Shown here: positions 23,017 through 35,285 of the stretch, piece after piece
Numbering within the stretch: the stretch's first letter is position 1
How the letters are laid out: every line of letters begins with the position of its first letter
Assembly: GCA_964016885.1 (NCBI GenBank)
Contig: OZ024743.1
Coordinates: 183,272,001-183,336,000 of the forward strand
DNA from: Eledone cirrhosa
Taxonomy: Eukaryota
Reading direction: 5' to 3'
DNA length: 64,000 nucleotides
The notes under the pieces: generated by a model
Told to the model about the DNA's origin: nothing
Database searches by the model: none
Seen by the model: only the letters and a program-made list of their open reading frames with translations
Position numbers and translations under genes: made by a program

Positions 23017-23195
23017 AATAATGGAAATTATTGTGTACAGTGCTCAGGTGCACTGCAACTCATCAAAGGTGCATGTATAGTACATAGAATAATGTACAAA
23101 TGTCAGGAAAGTGAAAAGTGTATGAGTCATGATATAGACACAGAGACATGCGTGTGTGTGTGTATGGAGGGGGAATAGCAGATGTAGTGTTGGTG
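23017..23195 (-). mobile_element. CR1 3' UTR fragment
   Basis: Matches 2953-3072 and is the reverse complement of 24905-25065. Confidence 0.85.
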
Positions 23196-23351
23196 AATAT
23201 AAGAAGCATTATTAACTTAAGAAGTATTAACTTAACCCTTTAGCATTTAAACTGGCCATAACCAGCCAGAATTCCCTCACCTCTTTCTGTTCAAATAACT
23301 AGCCACTCATACTTAGGTTAAAGTATTGTTCTCAAAATAAATAATATCAAA

Positions 23352-25078
23352 ATTGCTGAATGCTATGCAGGTATTTTCATTGATGAAAACCAAAACGTAC
23401 CATCTCCACCACCTCTGACATCAAATTCTATAACAACTATGGAATTTACACCTGCAATGCTGTGATGTCACCTTAAAAATAAACGCAACCATGCCTCTCC
23501 TGGTCTTGATGGTGTTACGTACTTGCTTCTCAAATATGGTGGGTACTTACTTCTGCACCAGATATCATTCTTCTTTCAATTCTGTCTTATCAACGGCGTT
23601 ACTCCGAAGCAATGGAAAATTGCCAGTGTCATTCCTCTGTTCAAAAAGGGTAACCGCATGTCACCTGTCAACTATCATCCAGTCAGTCTTACTACCTGCA
23701 TTGCCAAACTGATGGAATCCTGTCAGAGAAACACTTTGGACCTTCTGGAATTCTCACAGTCTTATCTGGCTGTCACAATTTGGATTTATCCCTAACTCCA
23801 GCTGCTGTGATCAACTTATCGAGTTTCTTGAAGACATCACCCGGATCACTGATGGCGGCTCATGGGTGGATGTTGTTTACCTTGACTTTGCTAAAGATTT
23901 TAATTCTGTGCTACACAAAAGACTTATAGCAAAACTCTCTGCAATGGGTGTGAAGGATGATCTTTTTAACTGGTTGAAGTCCTTCATTCTTCACCATATC
24001 AGATGTCATCTGATGTACCACAGGGATCTGTTCTTGGTCCCTTTTTGTTTGTTGCATATATTAATGACATAGATGCCAACTTAAAGAATGTCACAGTACT
24101 GAAATATGCAGATGACATCAAGCTGTACCTTGAGATAAAAATGACAGATCCTGAACACTATAGATCTTTCCATCAATCTGACCAGGACACAATGCAGCAA
24201 TAGATCACGGACTAGCAACTGAAGTTGGCTGTGGACAAGTGTACCACCATGCATTTTGGGAGGAAAAACCCAGTGTCCACATACTCCCTCCACAACACTA
24301 ATATCAAGAAGTCTTCTTGTGAACGTGACCTGGGCATTACTGTCAGCAGCAATTTGCGTTGGACAAAGCACATCTCTAAAATTGTCAAGAAGGCCGAGGG
24401 TGTCTTAGCATCACTCAGCAAGACCTTTGTCAGCCACTCTCTAGTTATCTATTTAAAGCTGTATATAGCTATGGTGCGGCTACACTTAGAATTTGCATCA
24501 CCAGTCTGGAACCCCTATCTTGCTCAGAACATTGACCTCCTGGAAACTATTCAGAGATGTGCAACCAAGGGAATACTCTCCATCAGGCATCTGCCATACT
24601 CTGAACGCCTTGCTTCCCTGGCCATGGATACATTGAAGCTCCAATGTCTGGCAACTGACTTGGTAAACACCCACAAAATTATTAACCATCTTGCCAACAA
24701 CAACCCTGAGCACCTTTTTGAATTACATGTGTCTAACACACGTGGGCATTCCTACAAAGTCAGAGAACAGCACAGCTCCCATGACTTTCGGAAACATTTT
24801 TTCATGCTCAGAGTTGCTGAAGCATGGAACAAACTACCTGCATCAGTTGTTAGCTGCCGAGACACTGCATCCTTTAAAACCTCCATGCTTCCTGAAATTT
24901 GCGAACACTACACCTGATATCCCCCCTCCATAGACATGCACACATGTATATCATGACTCATACATTGTTCACTTTCCTGACATTTGTACATTATTCTATG
25001 TATTATACATGCACCTTTGACGAGTTGTAGTGCACCTGAGCACTGTACACAATAAGTTCATTATTATTATTATTATTA
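23352..25078 (+). mobile_element. 5'-truncated, degraded CR1 copy of the same family as 2953-8180
   Basis: ORF pieces match ORF2 (YLDFAK, PQGSVLGP, KYADD). Contains stops, frameshifts and a (TTA)n tail. Confidence 0.92.
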
Positions 25079-25642
25079 TAAAATCTCATAGATTCAATAT
25101 TATGTGAGGTATTATGTGAGGTAAAGCTTTTACTGCGAAAATACAATAATAAATATTGAGTAATGTAAATGCTAAAGGGTTCTGTTGTTCTGTTGTTTGA
25201 CTAATGAAAGAGTTAACTCATAAAATTAACATGCAAGTGACTGAGCATTCCACAGATATGCAAGCATTTAAAGTAATTCTCAAGGAGATTCAGCATGACA
25301 CAGTGTGTGACAAGGTTGGCCCTTTGAATTACAGATACAGTCCATCTTATATTATAGCAGAAGTGGTTGAGCATTCCACAAACATGTGTACCCTTAACAT
25401 AGTTCTCAGGGAGATTCAGCATTATGACAAGGCTGACTCTTTTTACAGAGTGAACTGGAGAAATGTGAAAAAAGTGTCTTGTTCAAGGGCACGATGTATC
25501 AGCAGGAATCTAACTCATGACATTACAGTCATGAACCAAACAACCTAACCACTAAGCCATACTAAAAAGAAGAATATTTACCAAACAGAGCTTATCTGTT
25601 ACTTCCATACAGTTTATTTAAATAGTCCAGGAATGAGATATT

Positions 25643-25837
25643 TTTCTATTCCAGTTTCTGTTCTGTATTGTAGTTTCTGTTTTCTATTATTATCTATTCC
25701 AGTTTCTGTTTTCTATCATTTCCTATTCCAGTTTCTGTTCTGTATTGTAGTTTCTGTTTTCTATTATTATCTATTCCAGTTTCTGTTTTCTATCATTTCC
25801 TATTCCAGTTTCTGTTTTCTATTATTATCTATTGCAG
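25643..25837 (+). repeat. Tandem repeat of about 19-29 bp units built from the exon 4 acceptor sequence
   Basis: CTATTCCAG-TTTCTGTT recurs five times before the true CTATTGCAG. Confidence 0.85.
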
Positions 25838-25930
25838 GCTAGTGAAGTTGATGTGTCCTGTGATAAAGGAGACATAGAAAGTTGTGGAGTTTTACAAGGG
25901 AACATACGACTGAAGTGTCAAAATCGAGGG
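25838..25930 (+). CDS. FAM185A: FAM185A exon 4
   Basis: ttgcag / gtaagt, 93 nt, phase 0-0. Encodes ASEVDVSCDKGDIESCGVLQGNIRLKCQNRG. Confidence 0.9.
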
Positions 25931-26847
25931 GTAAGTAGAGTTGTTAAATTACACAGAAGACTGAACAGAACAAAAATGAGAATGGTCCAGTGGATGAGAG
26001 GAAGGTAGACAATGAATTGCAGAGAATTATGGGAATAGAACCAGTTATGAATGTTGTGAAAGGAACTAGAATGAGATGGTTAGGTCATGTGTTGAGGAAA
26101 AATGAAAGTGAATGGGTGAGAGGAGTGAGGAAAATGAATGTGGAAGAAAGTAGAAGATTGAGAAGTCCAAAAAGGCTAACTCCTGATTTAGCAAGAAAGA
26201 TGACCTTAAATTAATTGTTGTTGTTTGTTGTTGTACATGATAAATCAATAAGGCTGAATGGACATTAGATTAAGATGAAAAAAAAGTAGATTTCTTCATA
26301 AATTCTGAAAAGATTTTAAGTGCCTGGGTTTGATTTTATGATCTTAGTAATGTGAGTCTTTTTTAGGACCTAGTTAGAGGAAGAATGACAGTGTCTTGGA
26401 CCTTTTCTGGTCCTCAGAGATTAATGGAGGTAGTTATTTTTAGACCAGAGACCTGTTATAAATGCTTACAAGAGCATATACTCTGCTAAAGAACTCCATT
26501 GTTGCAATAAGCTGGGTGACAGATTTAGCCTACCCCATAAGAACAAAAAAAAAAGTCCCTCTAATATGAGACCATTCAGTTTCCATCTACCAAATTTTAG
26601 TCACAAGGCTTTCTTTGACCCAAAGCTATAGCAGAAAACGTGTTCCTAAAGTGGTATGCAGTGGAATGAAGTTTAAAACAATATCATGACAGAGCAAATT
26701 TTTTCAGCACATATCCAAACCTGAAATTCTTATTCTAGGGAATATTCTCAAGAGTTTTTAATACACAATAATTACAAACACTAGGGGGATTTTTTGTGTG
26801 ATTTTGAGGTATATTTTGTCCAAGTGAATTGTTTTGCTATACTTCAG

Positions 26848-27031
26848 GTTATCAAAGCGAACCGACTGCAAGGACAGACTATCCACTGTAGTATAGGGGG
26901 TGGTACTATGGATATTGATGATATTTATGCTGATACCTGTAATTTAGCTGCCAGTGCCCGAGCACAGCTCAATATTGGTAGTTGCCATGGAGACACAATG
27001 ATACTTCTGAAAGAAGGAAATGTGAAAATTA
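26848..27031 (+). CDS. FAM185A: FAM185A exon 5
   Basis: ttcag / gtaagt. Encodes VIKANRLQG...DIYAD...IGSCHGD...GNVKI. Confidence 0.92.
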
Positions 27032-27249
27032 GTAAGTATTTCTTCTCTTTCTTCTTCTTTAGAGTCCACCCTGTAAGTTTATTGTACTGATGCCATCACA
27101 ACAAAACACCCAATTCACCCTGTAAAATAGTCATAATGTGGTAGTGGTGGTGCCACAAGAAAAGCTTCCAGTACCTGCTGTAATGTGGTTGGTGTTATGA
27201 AAGGCATCCATCCATAGAAAACCAAACCAAAATGTATCATATGAGCAAG

Positions 27250-27392
27250 ACAGCCACTTGACCAGTCAGGCATCATAACATGACACAGCCACTTGATCGG
27301 TCAGGCATCATAACATGACAGCCACTTGATCAGTCAGGCATCATAGCATGACATAGCCACTTGACCAGTCAGGCATCATAACATGACAGCCC
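27250..27392. repeat. About 36-38 bp tandem repeat x4 inside an RTE-tail fragment
   Basis: CAGCCACTTGA..AGTCAGGCATCATAACATGA repeated. Confidence 0.85.
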
Positions 27393-27741
27393 ATCTAACC
27401 CATGGTGATGATGATGTCAGTGGCACATTAAAGTTATCCCACTCTATATTGTAAAGTGGCTGGTAATAGGAAGGATATCCCATGTAAAAACCATACTTAC
27501 AAACAGAAGGATCAGAGGAGATTTAGACTTTATGAGACACAGAGTAAGAAGCTGTCTAGGAGAGAAGCAAGCAAATATCTATTTTTTAAAAAAACAGATT
27601 CAAAGTAAAAAGAACTGTTTAGTCTTACAACAGAAACCTCTGTAGTGTCTGTGAAATGATAAAATACAGGCAGACTATGGGGCTGGAAGAAAGACATGTC
27701 TACTAAATACCAGCAGAGAAATCAATCAATCACATTCCTGC

Positions 27742-28132
27742 AACTGGTACAGCCAGTTGTTAGGGTGCCACTCACCGGTACAGCCTCTTGTTGGGGTACC
27801 ACCCTAGATGTGCCACTGATACAGCCTGTTGCTGGGGTGCCACCATAGATATGCCACTGGTACAGCCTGTCGTTGGGATGCCACTGGTACAGCATATCGT
27901 TGGGGTACCACCCTAGATATGCCATTGGTTCAGCCTGTCTCTGGGGTGCCATCCTAAATATGCCACTGGTACAGCCTGTCGTTGGGATTCCACACTAGAT
28001 GTGCCACTGGGGTGCCACCCTAGATGTGCCACTGGTACAGCCTGTTACTGGGGTGCCACTCTAGATGTACCACTCGTACAGCTAGTTGTTAGGGTGCCAC
28101 TGGTACAGCCTGTCATTGGGGTGCCACTCTGG
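27742..28132. repeat. GC-rich minisatellite, about 27-41 bp units
   Basis: GCCACTGGTACAGCCTGT...GGGGTGCCACCCTAGAT recurs about ten times. Confidence 0.88.
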
Positions 28133-28343
28133 ACACTTTCATAGTCAGTCATCACCACTGGTCTCTATTCTCCATCATGTGTAGAAGGGTCTCGTAGTGA
28201 CCAGTCCAGTCTTTGATGTTGTCGGATCGGGATTTTCTTTGTCTGCCTCTCTTTCACCCTCCTGCCATAGAAAGACAGATAAAATGATTATATGATGTGA
28301 ATCTTTAGTTATATTTTCTTTGTCTTTCGTTTCTGTTTTCTAG

Positions 28344-28442
28344 AAAATTTAGAAGGTCATTTTGATGGTACGACAGATGAAGGCAACATTGAGATTGGAT
28401 TAACAAATACACCGAAGAATGTCTCAGTTCAGAACCATAAAG
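28344..28442 (+). CDS. FAM185A: FAM185A exon 6
   Basis: ttctag / gtaaaa, 99 nt, phase 1-1. Encodes NLEGHFDGTTDEGNIEIGL...QNHKG. Confidence 0.9.
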
Positions 28443-28460
28443 GTAAAATTTATACATAAA

Positions 28461-29458
28461 CTAGCAGCAGTACCCAGCATTGCCTGGGTAGGTAAAATAA
28501 TATCTGCTTTGATGAAAAGGTGTTGATCTTAGCGACTGCCTCTCGATGACTCATCTATGGCCACACACAGGACATGCGGGGGAGGGTGGTGATGACTTCT
28601 ATCACTGAGAAACGCGGGTGACCGACGAAGGGACATGCTGGAGGAGGGAGGTAATGACCTCTAACACTAAGCCAAATTTCCTCACGCTACTTGATTGGAA
28701 ACCGATGAATTCTCAAATACACAACTAAAAGCTCAGACGATGTCAGTGGTCATCGTTTTGTCTTTGACCATCTATAAGATGTGCAATGGTAGGTTCTATC
28801 GTAGTATAAAAGTTGAACCAAATAAATTGATTTATGTGTGAGGTGGAGCCGAAGTTTTGAATTTGAACGAAATTGGTTGAAAAATGTGGGAGCTAGAGCC
28901 AAAAAGACGGAAATTTGAGCGAAAAGGTGGTATTTTCAAATATTGAAACAGCTGCCACGCCGTTCCTGAACAAAAAATCCAAAATGTAAAGCCACTTTAA
29001 GACGTGAAATAATCAGATCTAGCGTAGTGTAAAAGTTGAACAAAGTAGGTTGATTAATATGGGAGCTAGAGCTGAAAAAGTGGAAATTTGAGTCTAAAAG
29101 TAGTATTTTTGAATATTTAAGCGGCTGCCACGCCGTCCCTGAAGAACAAATGCAAAATATAAAGCCATTACAGGATGTGCAATGATAAATTCTATTTTGC
29201 TTTAAAATTTTAACAAAACTGGTGGCAAAATGTGGGAGCTAGAGCCAAAAATTTTATTTTTCGATACCTAAAAAAAGGTGACCCCCCCTATCGATTTTTA
29301 TCTGCAGAATGACCCCGGAATAAAAAAAACAATATGCTGATATATAGAAAACACTCCCCGATGACTAATCTATGAGCCTGTAAAATCGGTCGTAAGATGT
29401 AGGCCCCTATAGGTAATACACAGACACACACACATACTTAATTTTATATATATACAGA
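28461..29458 (-). mobile_element. Non-autonomous Helitron
   Basis: On the minus strand it reads A|TC...CTAG|T with a subterminal hairpin TACCCAG-N6-CTGGGTA (28471-28490). No TSD. Internal duplicated blocks. Confidence 0.82.
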
Positions 29459-29482
29459 TATATTTGGTTGTCTTAAGAAATA

Positions 29483-29658
29483 ATTGTTTCTAAATTTGGC
29501 ACAAGGCCAGCAAATACCCAGTGCATTACTGGTACTTTATTTTATCGACCCTGTAAGGATGAAAGGCAAAGTTATCCTCGGCGGGATTTGAACTCAGAAT
29601 GGCAAGGACCGTAACTCTATATGCGTCCGACCCTCTACCAATACTGCCAATCCACCGC
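29483..29658 (-). mobile_element. SINE family A
   Basis: Reverse complement of the family consensus, with a small deletion. Confidence 0.82.
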
Positions 29659-29667
29659 AAGAAATAA

Positions 29668-29975
29668 TGAGAGAAATTATGTATACAAAAATATATTTGG
29701 TAGACTTAATATTGGGAGAAATTATGTATACATAAATATATTTAATAGACTTAATATTGAGAGAAATTATGTATACATAAATATATTTGGTAGACTTAAT
29801 ATTGAGAGAAATTATGTATATATAAATATATTTGGTAGACTTAATATTGAAAGAAATTATGTATATATAAATATATTTGGTATACATAAATATATTTGAT
29901 GGACTCAGAAATATTGGGAGAAATTATGTATACATAAATATATTTGGTAAACTTAAGGAATATTGGGAGAAATTT
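29668..29975. repeat. 45-bp AT-rich minisatellite, about 6 copies
   Basis: GAGAAATTATGTATA at 29671, 29716 and 29761 onward. Confidence 0.92.
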
Positions 29976-30279
29976 GAAATGTAGTTGTCACAATATAAAT
30001 AACTATGATAATAATCTAAAAAAAAATCTGTCTCAAGCCAGGAGAGTCATCAGGCCGGTGTTTATCCCAGTACTTTATTTTACAGGTTTCAGTCATTATA
30101 TCTATAATAGTTCTATGGTACATATTTTATGATTCCTATAAGGAGGAATGACAAAATTGACCTTGAAATAAAAACATATCCAAATACTACAAGCTATCTT
30201 TGTGTGACACTCTCATACTGATATACACCCACCTATATATCATCATCATCATCATTTTACATCCGGTTTTCCCTGCTTG

Positions 30280-30313
<34 letters not shown>

Positions 30314-30452
30314 TATAGAATAGAATTAGGATTTAGCTTCAAGCATAGTTGTATCAGATATGTATTGGAATTTCGTATTTCTAAAGAAACACGGTATGCA
30401 AAAACCCCGGGGGATATTGCCCTCTGGTGGTGTCCAACAAAAGCAAGGGGGA

Positions 30453-30500
30453 CAATCGTCGATGCATTTCGAACTTAATTAGTTCTCATCAGGATGATCC
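30453..30500 (-). ncRNA. Type I hammerhead ribozyme, probably in a Penelope-like terminal repeat
   Basis: Minus strand reads GATCATC-CTGATGA-GAACT(AATTA)AGTTC-GAAA-TGCA-TC^GACGATT. The core is complete, with a 5-bp stem II and a minimal stem III with palindromic loop. A (TA)n tract is nearby. Confidence 0.8.
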
Positions 30501-31236
30501 CTCCCATTCTTGCGATTGCTGGACCGGAAAACAGTCGAGAATATATAGTTTTCGCATCTGTGTAAATGAGTTGAGAAGAGGGCAGATGAAGTTCAGTTAG
30601 CTGTTTACCTTTGTTGGCAACAAAGGGTTTGTCTCAGAGTGAAGGACAGATTATATAAAGCTTGTATTTGATGTCAGCCATGTTAGTGTGTAATGTTAGA
30701 ATGTATAATGTTAGTGTGTAATGTTAGATGTATATGTTAGTGTGTAATATTAGTGTGTAATGTTAGATGTATATGTTAGTATGTAATGTTTTATTTGTAA
30801 TATTAGTGTGTATGAACAACACAGTATGAATAAGCTGAGAGAAAAGTTAATTATTTAATGGGAAACGAAAGCTATGTTTTTGTTTTATACAGTTGCTGGA
30901 ATATATCTGAATTTTATACAGTTTGACATGTCTAAGTTTTAAAATTCTGTTTAAAATAGATTTCTTTCTTCAACTAGAAATTAGAAGGGACTTGATTTAG
31001 TGTTTAATGTCTATTTTTCTACTCTTGCAAGGGTTAGAGGGGTTGTCATGTTATGAGACAAGTCAGGTCCAGAGATCACGTCATACTCATATGGATCTGT
31101 ATTCTGGCTTGGTTTCTACAGCTGGATGCCCTTCCTAACACCAACCATGTTACAGTGTAAATATAAATTTTAATGAAGTAAATAGTGAGAAAAATGATAA
31201 TCTTAGCAGAAAACTTCTTTCTAACTCTTTAATTAG

Positions 31237-31401
31237 GTGATATTACACTTGGATTATGTCCGACTCTTAAGGCCAATTTTGAGCTTAATGCAAAGAAGAT
31301 AAACTTAGATGAACATTTTTCACAATTGTCTGATAAACTGGAGAAAACAATTGTTGGTGAAAGAAATGTGAATTCTCCACAGGTACACATGGAATTACAG
31401 G
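31237..31401 (+). CDS. FAM185A: FAM185A exon 7
   Basis: attag / gtgagt, 165 nt, phase 1-1. Encodes GDITLGLCPTLKANFELNAKKINLD... Confidence 0.9.
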
Positions 31402-32814
31402 GTGAGTAGATGGTAAATTTTGGGTTATTTTTTAGTTGTTTTGGTTGTAGTTTTTACATGTCCCAGAATCTGTCTTGTAGACTTTATATAGTTCTGTTTT
31501 GAATGAAAAAATAATGCTTAATTTCTCTGTAAAACTGAAAAAACATGCCAAATCCATCAAAGACATAGAAGAATGAAACTAAACGCAGTAAAGTATTTTT
31601 AGTCAATCAAACATTCTATTTTTCTGTCAATTTATTTTCCTGTACCACATGAAATCACATTAGCAAGACATTTTTGAAAAACACAAAACAGCACTATAGA
31701 TTGTATCACATTAAAAATTCAAGTCTTTACTTTAGTCTACTACAAATTTTTACTATAATCTATCAACTAGTAAAGATACTATAAACATTTGAAATTTAAA
31801 AAAATGAGGGGGGGGGGGGGGGTTCTACTCAATTGTTAGAGAATGTTAAGAGTTAAAAATATCAAAAAAGTAACAAAAGAAGAACTGATGTTTTCCTCAT
31901 GTCATAAATTTTGATTGGATAACTTCACTGTAAATGTAACCAATCATAGCCACAGCTCGATATATTTATTTGAAGCTTCAGTTGTTTTGAGACAAGGTTA
32001 TTGATTAGTAAGACAGTGTCTCAATAGATGTATACAAATAATTGATTAAAATTGTCATTGTCATTTTATTGATCATAACATCTGATCCGATTCAGCCTGG
32101 TTCGATCCAGTCTGACCCAGTCAATCTTATCTGAACCGGCCTAATCGAACCTGTTGGAGGAACCCTTCCCAGTTTGACCTCCACCACTTTCTGTTTGGTT
32201 TTATTCATGTCAGCGGTATAACCATAGTCACCACACTTGGCCAATTGTGGGTTAGTTAACCTATAATTAGGGTTGACAATATCAACCCCAATATAATACT
32301 GGTATTACTTTTCTGACTCCTCACCAAAGGACTGTAATGCTGAGTGAAACCTGACTAGATTTGAACTTTGACTTCTGGTGTATTGAACTTAGTTATAATT
32401 GAGAATCCAGTCTCCTTTTTTACATCTAAGAAATTAAATAATGGTACAACAATTACAATAATATCTAGGAACCAATTTAGTAGTTTAGTCTAAAGTTTGT
32501 CTCAAGACCGGAGGCTCATCAGGCAGGTGTTTATCCCGGTTTCTGTGGCGTTAAATGACTGATAGTACATGACTCTACCCTGGACAGGACGTCAGTCCAT
32601 TGTAGGGTTAAACTCCCAACTATTACTGATACCCAATTTCAGCTGAGTATACTGGAGCAACATGAAATTATAATTACCATTAAGCCACATGTCTTCATGG
32701 TACTTTTTTTTATTACCTTCCTGTGATGAACATTTTTTTAAATTGTAAATAACAAATGTTCTAGTGATATTTTTATTTAACAATGTAATTCTTTATCTTT
32801 CTGAATATGTTTAG

Positions 32815-32936
32815 GTTCTATTGGAGCTGACACCAACAACTGCAGCCATATCAAAGCCATAGCAAATGAAGGAAACCTCACTTTAAAGAAGCAAGACTGG
32901 TTTTCATCCCTTGGATTCACTCACAAGATTGATTGA
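32815..32936 (+). CDS. FAM185A: FAM185A exon 8 (stop)
   Basis: Encodes HIKAIANEGNLTLKKQDWFSSLG, matching the FAM185A C-terminal Q(S/D)WF.SL motif. TGA at 32934-32936. Total CDS is 1422 nt. Confidence 0.92.
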
Positions 32937-33890
32937 TAAATAGCAAATATATATATATATTAATATCTCTTGTCCATTGTTGAAGAAGAAACATTTTTAA
33001 TATATTTTTGTTATTGTTATTGTTGTTGTTGGTAGGCGTTTCATTTGAAACCCTGCTCCATCCACAAAAGAGATTATAACTAATCTATTGAGGCAGCTAT
33101 ATCTAAATTGTTTAATATTCCTGATATCTGCTTTGTTTTGGTTATCAGATATTGGTAGTAAAATATCATTGATAGCTTTATATTGATTTATATCCTTGTC
33201 CTTGTTATCAATTTAGCCTGTCTGGGAGGTCAGTAGCCCCACTTCAGTACTAACTTGGTTTATGTAGACCCCTTAGCCTGTTTGTGAGGTCAGTAGCCCT
33301 GCTTCAGTATTGACTTGGTCTATGTAGACCTGTCCAACCCTTTCTAGCAGGGAAAGCGGATGTTAAATGACCATGATGATGATGATGATGATGTTTCTAT
33401 GGCTGGTTTAGAGAGGGGTAAATGACCAAACAATAAATATAGAAATAGTCTAGCAAGTCATAAGTTATGAGGAGTGTCATTACTTCCAGGCATAACTCTT
33501 AAATTTACATCTGTCCACTTGTTATCAAGAGTACATAGGAACCAGATCTTCTGTAAATGTTACTCAACAGAAATTGTTAGTACTACAAAAATATGTTTTG
33601 CTAGAAATGAGGTTTTAATAAAACTCTCTTTGGTATACAACTCTTGCATCAGGGAATCTGTAAAGGTTGTCAATATATTTACATTAACTCTTAACATCCT
33701 GTAATGATTGTTAACTCAAATGTTTATAGTGAGCATAAATATATTACATCAATTGTGAATCTAAAGACTTTCCAGCTAGATGTCTAATGGATTGAAATAA
33801 CACAATGTTACCTTCATCTTTTTATGAACTGCTATTGTTGTTATTGTTACCCCTCCCTGTGTAAACATGATGAATCTGACATTAAAAGTG

Positions 33891-33993
33891 AACTCTCAGG
33901 TCCCAAATAATAGGGAGTTGGAATAAGTGGGGGGTGGAAAAAAATCTGAAAAATTAATAAGCTGGGGAGGACAATTATTTGAAACCTGAGAGT
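33891..33993. mobile_element. About 100-bp MITE with 20-bp imperfect TIRs (Tc1/pogo-like)
   Basis: ACTCTCAGGTCCCAAATAAT ... ATTATTTGAAACCTGAGAGTA. Confidence 0.6.
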
Positions 33994-34947
33994 AGTAATG
34001 ATGGATATTAAGATGTATAATCTACATTTCATACTGTTTTATATTCCTGTTGAGTCCAACACTGACCTTCTCTCCTATTCAGTGTATCAGGCTGCTATAT
34101 AACAATGGATGGCATCAGATTTATCTATATCCCTCACCGAAACCTACCTACCACTTTTCCTTCACAACTCTGTTTAATGAGGGATGACATCAGACCTGTC
34201 CTCTGTCCATATATCATACACCTTGCTATCACACTTCTCTATGGCTAGCCATCTTTCCTTCTCCCACAGGTCACTTATTGACATCCATCAAACACACACT
34301 CTCTCTCTCATACTAGCAAACATTTAGCTGTCATCACTGTCTCTCTACCACTCTCTCATCCCAATCTCTTTCTTTCCTCCATCATACTCTCTTATTTCAC
34401 TCTGAATACATCTAAAGAGTTAGACACGTTTATGTCTACAAAACCACTGATAATGCATAAATCAAAGTTTTAATTCAAATATTTTCAACTTCAACATTAT
34501 ATGTTCATTGTTCTTTTCATTTATTTGTATTCACAAATGTGAGTGTTTTATTGAACAAAAGAGAGAGAAAGTACTTGATATATGGAGAAGAGTTTATTCT
34601 TTTGAAGGATGAATCATTCCAGTACCAGTACTACTCACCACTTTACAGAGTCCATGTTTTCCCTTTTCATTCATTCCATGCATGTGTGTGTGTGTATATA
34701 TATTTTTAGCCATGTCATCTGGTTGTTATATTTTTCCTTTTCTACATTATATATAAATGGAATATATTGACATAGAAATGTATTTATATATCCTCTCCTA
34801 GCCTCAGTTGTCCAGTGGTACAGGTGCCCCCCCAAAATATTGCTGTTCCCATGTGAGGAATTAAATTACAGACTGCCTTGGTGTAAGCCAGGAACCCGAA
34901 CAACATTACATATGAACAGACTATGTTGACATAGAAATATATGATAT

Positions 34948-35285
34948 GGAGGCACATGGCTTAGTGGTTAGAGCATTGGCCTTGCAATCTAAAGGTTGTG
35001 AGTTCAATTCTCAGACCGGGTAATGTGTTGTTTCCTTGAGCAAGACACTTTATTTCACATTGCTCCAGTTTACTCAGCTGTAGAAATGAGATGATAGGGA
35101 CTGGGGTCCCTATCATTCCACTGCAAAGTGGTCGTGGAGGTGCCACGGCAAAAAAGCACCCAGCACTCATTGTAAATGAGGTTGGTGTTAGGAAGGGCAT
35201 CCAACTGTAGAAATCCAGCCAGAATCAGTTCCCGTCCCACCCTTGCAAGCGGGGAAAAGCAGACGTAAAATGAAATGATGATGAT
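34948..35285 (+). mobile_element. SINE family B
   Basis: Near-identical to 12770-13110. Confidence 0.88.

Noticed and set aside
29594-29899. Repeat-protein ORFs (also 47731-48003)
   Set aside because: Products of 45-bp and 48-bp minisatellites.
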